From positions 1,860,001 through 1,924,000 of the forward strand of contig JBLDXI010000020.1 of NCBI GenBank assembly GCA_047495785.1: a DNA stretch of 64,000 nucleotides. The letters are read 5' to 3'. Under the pieces are notes generated by a model, which did no database searches, was not told the origin of the DNA, and saw only the letters and a program-made list of their open reading frames with translations. Both the position numbers and the translations under genes were made by a program. This DNA is from Lepidodermella squamata (taxonomy: Eukaryota; Animalia; Gastrotricha). This document shows positions 1 to 9,799 of the stretch, piece after piece; within the stretch, counting starts at the first letter, position 1; the number at the start of each line of letters is the position of its first letter.

Positions 1-152
1 GCCATTCGGTAATAAATAAACAGGAAACAAATAAAAAGCATGCCATGCGTGTGTTTTATTACGTGTTAAAAATTGCGATTGTACAATATTGCGTTGAAGC
101 AGCCATCATTCATTAGACAAAAAGCAACGAGAAAATCGGACAATTAAATGTA

Positions 153-590
153 TCACTTCTTGAACAAGCGCTTAGGTTTCGGCGCTGGTTGTATTTTGCC
201 CAGCCTCGAACAAAAGAGCCGAAATAAGATCCGGCGTTCCTGCTTGGCAGCACTGCTGTTGCGATCGTGATCGGGGTAAAGTCGGTATCGATTGCTCATA
301 AGCACGCGAGGCTCGAGATCGAAATAGGCCGCCACCTCCTCGTCGGTTGTAGGTGTTGTAGGGTGGATACGATTATCAGGATGCTAAAATATAATATAAC
401 ATAGAGCCAAATAACAAAAATGAAATTAGACTAAAATTACCTCTTCAGCGGTTTTGCTTGGCGTCGTCTTCTGACGATCAGCCACGATTCGGGGTTGTCG
501 CCGTTGTTTCGGGGTACTGGGAGTAGCCTTAACTTTTCGCTCCATGATATCTACCTTACGACAGGGGCGCTTATGACTTGTTGATGACAT
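153..590 (-). CDS. Two-exon small basic protein (~126 aa), unknown function
   Basis: ATG at 590 (MSSTSHKRPCRK...KTAEE), GT-AG intron 440-384, exon 2 in frame with ORF 153..335; AATAAA on the minus strand downstream (~54-59). Confidence 0.65.
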
Positions 591-741
591 GTTAAATAAA
601 ATGAGGTTCTAAAATAAATAAAAAACAGATTTTAGAATCGAACTGAATTTATACGAATTATAGCCTTGCAAATGGCTTGCGGCGAGTTTTCAATAATAGG
701 TTTTTTCATAGAAAACGAGACGTTATTTACAAGGCTAGTTC

Positions 742-1222
742 TAGTGTTTCTTTTCACGGCAAACAGCGAAACGGCAAAGTCGAAACGGCTGAAAATTTCG
801 GCGAGATGTTCGGCCGATAGTTGAATGTAGCGCTTTTTCTCGCTACAAAATTCAAACATTTTACTCGATATCACATATTAGTCACTGTTTACCCACCTTT
901 TAAAAATTTCCAGCTGAGCCAACTTACCTACGGGAAAAACGCAATGACGGGCTACGACCTTGAGCTGATTCAGCATTGGCTTAGCTGCATCGCGATTAAG
1001 CTGGGTTTCGAGTGCTAGAGCCACTTGGTTAGCCAGAAATAGCATTTCTTTTCGGCGATCAAAAACAGCAAAAGGATCGAACAGCTTGAGTTCAAGGACG
1101 CGTACTAGCCGCACTTGTTGCTGTTTCTTTAAGTAATCGTCGACGCGCCGAAATTCAGTCACGGCAGAGCCATAAATCACAGGCTTCTTCAAAGTTGCGC
1201 GCTCTCGCAAACAATAGGCCAT
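742..1222 (-). CDS. Hypothetical basic protein, probably two exons
   Basis: ORF 878..1222 starts at ATG. A ~50-nt intron (gtaaac...tttgtag, ~892-843) gives ...LEIFKRW|REKALHS...REKKH*. An alternative splice into ORF 632..874 is possible, so the 3' end is uncertain. Confidence 0.45.
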
Positions 1223-1801
1223 AATTAAGGTGTATAATTAGTTAATGACAAAACTAAGGATCAAAAATATTCAATAGTATTAAATAGGTAGATATATACA
1301 GAAATATCGAACAAATTAAGGTGGCTAACTGATGCCCAAACAAAATGAGCAATTAATGAGCGCGCAGCTGGATCAATGCGTAGAATATAGAAACGCTTGG
1401 ATGAGAAAAAACTAATGCCGCAATAATTATTATAATAATAGCACCAAGCCGCGGAATAGGCGCACTTTCCGCCTTAAGTAAAAAGATTTTTAAGGTGGAG
1501 AGCGCAATATATGATAAGTCTTATAATAAGTGGTAGAGTTGTAACTGGGCCAAAGTAAAATATTTCGCGAATTTTTGATATATGTCACTCAAACCGACCG
1601 ATGCCGCGAACACATGGAAGATTGAGATCGCTATTTCGACCGATCGTACATCAGAGAGACACACCGTGAATTCACGCCGCCTTAATAAACGCCGGGCGGC
1701 GGGCGCGTTACTGCTTGGAGCGCGCGCACGCATATATAGCTTTACCAGGCACCTTCTAGGCACCAACAGGTGCGCTATACAACCTGAATTTCGACCCTTC
1801 C

Positions 1802-1834
1802 GACCACGGAATGACCACGGAATGACCACGGAAA
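1802..1834. repeat. 3x 11-bp tandem repeat (GACCACGGAAT) in a divergent intergenic region
   Basis: Directly visible. Confidence 0.9.
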
Positions 1835-2033
1835 GGTGTCAATATTTGAGAATAAAAGAATTCAATACGCGCGCAGAAGAATGGCATACGATCGAACAAT
1901 CGCACACCTTTCAATGCGCTGCGCGCGCGCATTCGAGTGGATAGGCGCTAATATTATTACGAATTGAAGCAAGTGGGAAGAGGATGAAAAAAATTAAATA
2001 CGCCTAAACCGCATAACTGAAAAGTAGCAAAAA

Positions 2034-2645
2034 ATGGGCAGGCGCAGAAATGCAGAGCAACTGGCTCAACATCGCGAACAAATGCGGTTGATACGCGCAA
2101 ATAGGACTCCTGACGAAATAGAGAAAGTTCGTGAGCGCGATCGGCGCCGCAAACAAGCCAAAACTGCGCTAATTCAGTCCGTCAAATCGCAAGGTAATTT
2201 TTGGTGAATTTTTAAGGCTGTTATAAATATATGAATAAAAATGCAGATCAGTGTGGCGCGGTAGCATACTTGCCAACGGGATGCAACTACTCAGCGCGGA
2301 CAATAAGCGAACGCGACTTCTTGCGAAAACAAGCATTGATGGCAGAAACGTTCGAGGCGGATAAAATTATTGGTAAATTCAAGTTTATTATATTTTCAGC
2401 CATATTCATCGCATTAATTTTCAGGGCTGTGCGATTTATCGCCGCTCATCGCCAACACACTGCCTCCACTCTCACCTGGCGAAATCACGCCACTGCTGGC
2501 ACCGGACGATGCCGCGCAAACGTGGTGGCAAGAAATTAAAGACGATATGAGAAGCAGCTACCTTTCGCCGCCACTGGCACGTTTTCGCATAGCGATTCTA
2601 CCTAACTGTACTCAAAGCAAAATTCCGGCCATTGAATTTCCATAG
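2034..2645 (+). CDS. Three-exon protein (~170 aa) with N-terminal STPR-like Arg/Glu-rich helix
   Basis: MGRRRNAEQLAQHREQMRLIRANRTPDEIEKVRERDRRRKQAK...; two ~52-nt GT-AG introns (2194-2246, ~2373-2424) keep the frame open to TAG at 2645. Confidence 0.65.
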
Positions 2646-2896
2646 CAATAAAACAGAGATATAATAACGCCTTCTTTTATTTCAACCGCGCTTTTTCAAT
2701 CGATCATGAAAATATACCAAAGTTTGAGAAAAATTAAAGATATCGAAATTGCAGCAAGCCATTTGAGGATCAATTCAATTCTACTTTGCGAATAAGATCA
2801 TTCATTATTATACATAATTATTACAAAAATCAGTTCAGACTTTTTCGGCTGTTTCGAACATAGAGAATAATTAGAAAAAGAAATGCAGTATAATCA

Positions 2897-4571
2897 CTAC
2901 TGCTGAATATTGCCACGACCAGTCAACATGAGATCACCATTAGCAACAGTGGTTATATTAATTTTATCATTTTTTACAGCCAACAACAGGCCAAAAAAAG
3001 CTTTAGAAACGTCCTTACGGTCTAAATTTTCTACAACGTGACTGAAGCAAACATCCTGATTTCTACACAAAACGCTGAGCTGATTTTGACAAAAGCGATC
3101 GTTGTCATCGACAAAACTTAAAATTGAAGAGCTAATTAAATGAATAGGCTGAGATGAGCTATCTAATACAACATCTACCGCACCTACACTAATTTCTTCA
3201 GATTGGGCATCGGCTGATGATGATTCAACACAACACATGAGACTCTTCTTGGCGATCGGGGTGTATTTGTCCAAAATCGAGGTTGCTTTTCGCTTTGGTG
3301 CTGACAGACGGTCAAGAGGAACTCGCGATATCGGTATTTCTTCGTCAATCTGTTCCGGCTGCAAAGCAGGCTGCTGAAGGCGGCTTATCGAAAACTGAGT
3401 TGTCGGAATGATATCGCATCCGTCTCGATCTATAAATGAATACCGATATTTTCAATTCAAAAATTAGTCGTTGTAAATACTTACGGGGGTAATTTATCAG
3501 CCGAACTTCCTTGGAATATGCAAGACCATGAATCGCTGTATATAAAAATAAATATCGATAAGAAGTGAGACCAAATAATTATAAAACTAACCTTCGCAGT
3601 CAGGGTAGGCAGACGAATCATCCAAGATATTCGTGAATGGTAAAGTATCTAAACAAATATAGTAGATAACGCTAACGAATTAATGAAAATCCCAACCTAG
3701 AATGCTGAAAATGTTAGTCCTTAAACGAGAAGAAACTTCGATAGCAGGCCTTCTGATGAGAACGTCAGCTGGGATGATGTGATCACTTCTTAGGCCACCA
3801 ATGCGATCCAAAGCTATTGAGCGACTGAAGAGTGGGGCAAACCAGAAGTCGAATTCCTTCTCTTCATACTCCAGCGTCGTGGCGGAGTTGAGGTGCTTTG
3901 CGGTATCGAAAATAGCAGCACGATCATCCCATTCAGGCACGTCTTTCAAAGTCAAGTACGACGCATGCTCTTCTTTCATCTCCTGAGTTAACAGATCAAA
4001 GATCGGGATGGTTGAATCGATGTCTCCGTTAACCAAGAGTCCAAAGCCATCGTCAACGATGGGTTCAGAATCCACATCAAAGTTGCAATTAGTACCGATC
4101 AACGGGGCACAAGGCAGCTCAAGCTGGTGCGAAGCTGACTCCAAGTAGACCACATCGCATAGCTGAAAGCAACATCATAGTTGAAAAAAACAAAAATAAC
4201 AATCATGGGTATATAATTACCGAACGAATAATGGGCACATCACAGGATGGCAAGCGGCACCCCAGCTGCTCGAGAGCTTTCGACACGTAGGTGTTGGTAT
4301 CGATAGTCTCGACGCGCTTAACAATATCAACCTGCAAAATGCAAAGGGAGTCATTAGCATCATGAAACAGCCTGCTGACTTTCAGGCTGTAAATAGTACT
4401 AAGAACATAAATTAGCTGGCCGTAGGTTCGAAGCTCGAGCGTAACTGCGGAACGAGCAAGATCACAAAACTGCTTAACGTCAACGGTGGCAACGATCGAC
4501 GACAGCAGCGGCTGATTCGCGATAACACGGCGATAAACATTGCTACGGATAAAAGTCGTCAAACTCTCCAT
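2897..4571 (-). CDS. Divergent alpha-kleisin (Rec8/Rad21/Rad21L-like cohesin subunit), 5 exons
   Basis: N-terminal LRTYGQLIYVLSTIYSLKVSRLFHDA matches the Rad21/Rec8 N-domain pattern. C-terminal FSHVVENLDRKDVSKAFFGLLLAVKNDKINI...GDLML matches the C-terminal winged helix. Four short introns splice in frame. Confidence 0.8.
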
Positions 4572-5735
4572 CTAATAATGACAAAGCGGACTTTCAGGTG
4601 AGATTAAAATTGCAAGCCGGTGAGTATAAACTATAAACCAAGCGTTGCCTTAAAGTGATAGACGCAATAAAATCTAACAGCACCAAGGAAGTCGTAAATA
4701 GCTGGCATGTAATCAAACATCAGTTACTTAAAATGCGGTTTGCGTTCTACCCTCGAGCTAACCTATATCTCCGACAATTATATGAGACATCGCAAGCAAG
4801 CACCAAGAAGCACCATAAGGGACAAAGTTTCTAAGTGTTTGCTATCAACAACATATTAGGGCATTTAGCAGTCTCAAATCCAACACGGGCAGATTGGCGC
4901 GCGAATAACGACGTCAAGTGGTTAGAAGCAGCTGCCGCTTTAGGGAAAAAACCGCATCCGAGCCCCCTAGCAACGTTGAACGTTGAAGGGGTTGCTATTT
5001 AATATTTTCATTGTATTCCGATTAACAATATTATTATTTAATATAATATATTTAATAAACAATTAAAAATAAACGTGACAGTCGTTGCGGATTTTCGGCT
5101 TGCAATATGGGCACCGATGACGCTGCCGACAGCATGTGAATGAAACGTGAACCAATTCTTTTCAGTACTGTGATTCAATTACATTGAGTTTTGTCTAGAA
5201 CTTGAAGTTCGAATTTCCGATTAGCAATGGCTACAGCACCCTAGGTAGAGTTAATATGAGCTTATTTTTCCCTGAATATCCAAGAAAATGGGAAAGTCAT
5301 TTTGTTGTCATGGCCCTTGTCAAAGTCTGTGATTGTTCTAATTCCCATTCCTTATCATGTCACATCAAATTAAAACTCAACTTCATCTGATATGCGGAAA
5401 CGTCTGTAAGATAGTGAGCTTATTCGATTAAGTGATTGAGATTCAGCGTCAGCGAGGGCCATAGACGCCAATTCCGTCCAAAAAAAGATTTCGAGAATGA
5501 CCTACGATTTTGACTTGAAAACGAAAAGAGACAGCATCCATCCTCTCGGCAAATTAGTTTTTCACTTCAGTACTGTAGCTCTACTCGGAGATAGTAATGA
5601 AATTTTAATGAATTTTTATTTATTTAATTCCATTTTATTTCAAATGGAAAAAGTCGCGTCTTCGAAACTTGTCGAAGCATGGTGAAAGCCACAACACGCA
5701 AGATAATAAATACAGACACATTTGAAAAACTCTAA

Positions 5736-6089
5736 CTAAACCGCCTGCAGATGGCACTTTTGTTGTACAAGATACGCAATTCTTTCGATAAGTTCGAGTT
5801 TAGAGCATCGGTAAGCTTTGATGTAGTCACTGAAAATTCCGTTGAAAAACTTGCTCGACTGATAGCGCTTGACAAACTTGTCGGATGGTATGTAGTCGAC
5901 TTCGAAACAGCTCGCGCAAGCTTGGATAGCTTTCGAATCAAGATAGCTTCGGGATGAAGGATGAAAGTAGTTCGCTGATTCAAGTTGAACCGCCTTGTTG
6001 TTTGATGGTATTTCCGCCTTCTTCGCTGCAGTGACGGCCAGGGCCACTATCGATACGTGTAAAAGTAAAAGAGTCGTAATAACAGCCAT
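5736..6089 (-). CDS. Secreted 4-Cys family member 1 (long loop, intronless)
   Basis: Signal peptide; CASCF-x32-C-x7-R-x8-C. Confidence 0.85.
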   Translation of the reverse strand: MAVITTLLLLHVSIVALAVTAAKKAEIPSNNKAVQLESANYFHPSSRSYLDSKAIQACASCFEVDYIPSDKFVKRYQSSKFFNGIFSDYIKAYRCSKLELIERIAYLVQQKCHLQAV

Positions 6090-7320
6090 CAGTGAAAAAT
6101 TACAATACCTAAACTTGAAATAAAAACTTGATATACAATAAAACGGAATCGTCTGATAACCAGTTGATCAAACCTGTCGTTCGCAATTGACGTTAACTGC
6201 GTGCCACTTAATTAATTCGCCTTACTGTTTCCTATGCGCCTGATCAGTTGTCACGTTCACAGTTGTTAGTGCAAGATTTTTTACCGCTATCACGTCAATG
6301 TTAGTTATCGTTGATTTGATATTCCGGCGTGGACCCACGTGATGTAAACAGCAAAGTCTGCTGGCGTGAGCTTGGAATTTAAGACAATTCACTGGTGACT
6401 GGTGTCACCTGTCCAGTTCTAAATCATTCGACCAAATTTAGACCAAAATCAATCAATGATAGACATAAGTTTTTATGTAACACGTTGTATAACACTATTC
6501 GTAATTTTCTGAAATTTGAAACAAATTGCACATTATGTCAACGGACTTTAGACCGCGGAAATTTGGAAGAGCCTGGAAAGTTTTGCGGGCCAATGAGGAG
6601 AAACCTCGGACTTGTAAACAGCAAATATTTGTCGCGCAGTTCCAGGGCGCTTTTTATAGCGCATATTTTATACGCGCACGTAGCCTCCATTAAGACTTCT
6701 GATTTCATTAGTCAGTTGTGAAAAACAGCAATATGTGTCAGTTTCGGGTAGCGCGCAAGTTTACAAGACTTTATGTTCATTTAAAAGTGCTATATATCTC
6801 CATCTTTATCTCGGCTGGGATTTTTTGCTATTTTCTTGTTCGACAATTGTCGAAAAGTAATTCGTTCAAAATTCAAATAAAAAGCTATTATTGTTCATAT
6901 TATTCATATTATATGCGTAGGAACTTGAACAGATAAATTGTACCATTATTGCAGAATATAGATCGACAGATACCATTCCACCACGTCAAACTACTCTGAC
7001 ATTCTTACCCGCCTTCAGGAATTTTGGACACAACTGACATGATTCTGATCTCATTGTTTTTCGACGCTATTATGTATCTTGAATGGCTGTTATTAACTAA
7101 AAGGCGAGCAGGAAGCAAACGGGAACGGCTGAACATTTAGGTATAAGATCCTGAACGCCTGAGGTGAGAGATTAATTATTGGCGGGCGTTTCATTGAAGT
7201 TTCTAGTTTCTTGTCATCGTCCTTTGAAATAGCAAGGTGAAATGGACAACTTTTTATTATGGGAACGTTTCTCATCCTTATATAGTTACTTATATAAGGA
7301 CCAGCATTCAGAAACAACAT

Positions 7321-7701
7321 TCATTCCAAGGGGTCGTGAATCGCACACTTTCTAGATCTAAACAATTTCAATCGGTCAATAATTAGCATCTTCGAGCAAC
7401 GATACGCCTTATCCATGTCAGAAAACGCGCTTCGGATGAAAAGTTGGCGCTGCTTGTACCAACTGGCAAACGCCGGCGGCGGAATTCGCTGCAAGCCGAA
7501 ACAACGAGCGCATGCTGTCATGGTCAGGTCGCCCACGTGTCGTTCCAACCATTCTTTGTAGACTCCATGAATGAGGTCGAACTTTCGGCTTGCTCCCTTC
7601 CGATTGGCTCCATCTAAGAACACTCCTCCAGATCTGGATTCTTTTGGTTCTACAGCATTTGTGATGATTAAAAGTAATGAAAACTGAACGTAACTTCTCA
7701 T
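7321..7701 (-). CDS. Secreted 4-Cys family member 2 (long loop, intronless)
   Basis: Signal peptide; CARCF-x33-C-x7-R-x8-C; shares FSDxxKAYRCSK with member 1. Confidence 0.85.
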   Translation of the reverse strand: MRSYVQFSLLLIITNAVEPKESRSGGVFLDGANRKGASRKFDLIHGVYKEWLERHVGDLTMTACARCFGLQRIPPPAFASWYKQRQLFIRSAFSDMDKAYRCSKMLIIDRLKLFRSRKCAIHDPLE

Positions 7702-7918
7702 AATTGATGTAAATCAAAAGCATGGAAATTGAAGACAATATCCAAAATCGATTCTGTAGGATTCATAAAAGTCACCCCGTGACTGCCTCTCGCTCTAAAT
7801 ATCCTTAAGACAATGTCTGATCAGTTTATTAATTTATTTATTTGCGAAGCCGACGTCAAGATGACTACGACGATAATTCACCGTGCACTTCAATTCTCAA
7901 GTTAGGATTAGTCCGTGT

Positions 7919-8338
7919 CTAGTACCTGGTACCATCAGGCCCGCATCGCATTCTGCGAAGATAGGCGATACGCTCAACAACGGGCAACTTAGCGCAACTG
8001 CTAGCCTTGACAAATAGGCTCTGAACAGACCCCATTAGGACAGCTCGAGGATTGGCGGCAATGAAGTCTGAAGAAGGCATTTCTTTGAAGCCAAAACATA
8101 GAGCGCAGGCTCGTTGTGTCGGGATGTCCCAGTTTTCCTCCAGAAACGAACTAATATCTCTGTTCATTTTGTCGTATTTTTCTTTCTTGCTGGCGACCAG
8201 CGCCATGAATTTAACAGCTCTCAGGTTGTCCTTACTCGGCTTCGACTGAGGCGTGGCAGTTCCATAGGCCGGGATGCAATGCCCGATTGCGAAAACCATC
8301 GATGCGCCGATGAAAGCCGTGAAAACGTATGAAGTCAT
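7919..8338 (-). CDS. Secreted 4-Cys family member 3 (long loop, intronless)
   Basis: Signal peptide; CALCFGFKEMPS...CAKLPVVERIAYLRRMRC; TATA-like CTATATAAA ~85 bp upstream. Confidence 0.9.
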   Translation of the reverse strand: MTSYVFTAFIGASMVFAIGHCIPAYGTATPQSKPSKDNLRAVKFMALVASKKEKYDKMNRDISSFLEENWDIPTQRACALCFGFKEMPSSDFIAANPRAVLMGSVQSLFVKASSCAKLPVVERIAYLRRMRCGPDGTRY

Positions 8339-9057
8339 TTTTATATAGCTAAAATTCTAAAAATAATAAATTCGAGACTAATTTGTTTGGCTTAGGTCAG
8401 ATGATGTCTAGGTCGGGAATTTATATAGAGCGAGCAAGTCTGAAGTGTTTTTTCATTTTTTTTTAGGGTCAACGGCAGGATATATTCTGATATCGCTAAT
8501 TTCCGATCTCCGCCGCAAAAAAGCCAACATTATTGTTTTTTACTCAATTATTTTTATTCAGAGTAAATTTACTTAATGTCGTGCGCAGGAAAACAATAGA
8601 AAAACGTGGGCTTTTGTCCTAATACCAAAAAACGATTAACTAACAATTTCTAGACGATTGCACTATACCAAAGAATATACCAACTAACCAGCGCTCCGAT
8701 CCCCTGTGAAGCACTCTTCTCATCGAAAATTCCATGCGATTGACGACTGAGTGCACCCGAGAGTTTGAAATCCCAAACAAGCCCGCGTTTTGGTTGTGAA
8801 TTTGAGGCCATGGATCGCCACAGTATGATAGAATAATTAATAAGCTACAGTGATTTCAACTTTCAGTGATGCAATAGTGCTGTTTATTCTGGAATTGCGG
8901 AATTGAATAGCGATGATCAATGTTAATATGGACTATTGAAACAAATTTTTCGATCCGACCGAAAATGCATAGGGCAATAGGTTTGTAATGAAGGATCAGC
9001 TTCATTTTATTTCAGAAAATTAAAACAATATTTCATCAAAACGGGCACGTAATTAGT

Positions 9058-9450
9058 TCAATGCTTCAGTGAGCCTTCAAGGCCGCATTTCATTTTTCGA
9101 AGGTAAGCAATGCGGTCGAATACCGGGAGGATGGCGCAGTTGCTAGCCTTGAGGTATTGGCTAGGGACTGTACTAAGAAGAACAGCTCGTGGCAACGAGG
9201 AGAGAAAGTTAGCCGATGGCATCTCTCGAAAGCCGAAGCACAGAGCGCAAGCTTTGGCTGTTGGAGCGTCCCATTGCTTCTCCAAATAAGTGTTGAGATC
9301 TTTGTTCATCAGGCCGTATTTCTCCTTGCCTTTGACCAAAGAGAGAAGTTTCGCACTCGACAAAACATTAGCTTGATCTTGAGGCTCAGCAGACACAGGA
9401 ATGCATAGTACGATAGCCAGGAGAATGTAGTGAGAGAGGGTAGCAGTCAT
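9058..9450 (-). CDS. Secreted 4-Cys family member 4 (long loop, intronless)
   Basis: Signal peptide; CALCFGFREMPS...CAILPVFDRIAYLRKMKC; close paralog of member 3. Confidence 0.9.
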   Translation of the reverse strand: MTATLSHYILLAIVLCIPVSAEPQDQANVLSSAKLLSLVKGKEKYGLMNKDLNTYLEKQWDAPTAKACALCFGFREMPSANFLSSLPRAVLLSTVPSQYLKASNCAILPVFDRIAYLRKMKCGLEGSLKH

Positions 9451-9799
9451 TTCGGCGTAAAAAGTAACTTTTCAAGTGGAATAATGAACCATCCTAGAAA
9501 ATTGGAAGGGTTTAAATGGATGGTCAACTCGAGAGTGGGCAATACGAGTGGGCACCAAGGCTGTTTCTCCAATTTCCGAAATGTTTCGCTTTGAATGCAT
9601 CAATTTTTATATCAAGGCTCCTAGAAGCGTAGGAGCAATTAGGATAGCGTAACTGAAGGAAACTGGAAATAATTGGGACTTCAGAAATTCGCACTACTCA
9701 AGCACGTGGTACAAAGTTTTATTATTCAGAAAGCACATTAAATTGGCTCTAGTCCCATATTTCTTCAAGAATAGGAAGTCGGCGTATCAGCTTGGCTGA

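Noticed and set aside
5800-5900. Splicing of a GT...TTTTCAG segment in member 1
   Set aside because: It would create an immediate TGA and remove residues conserved in members 2-4, so it is treated as coding.
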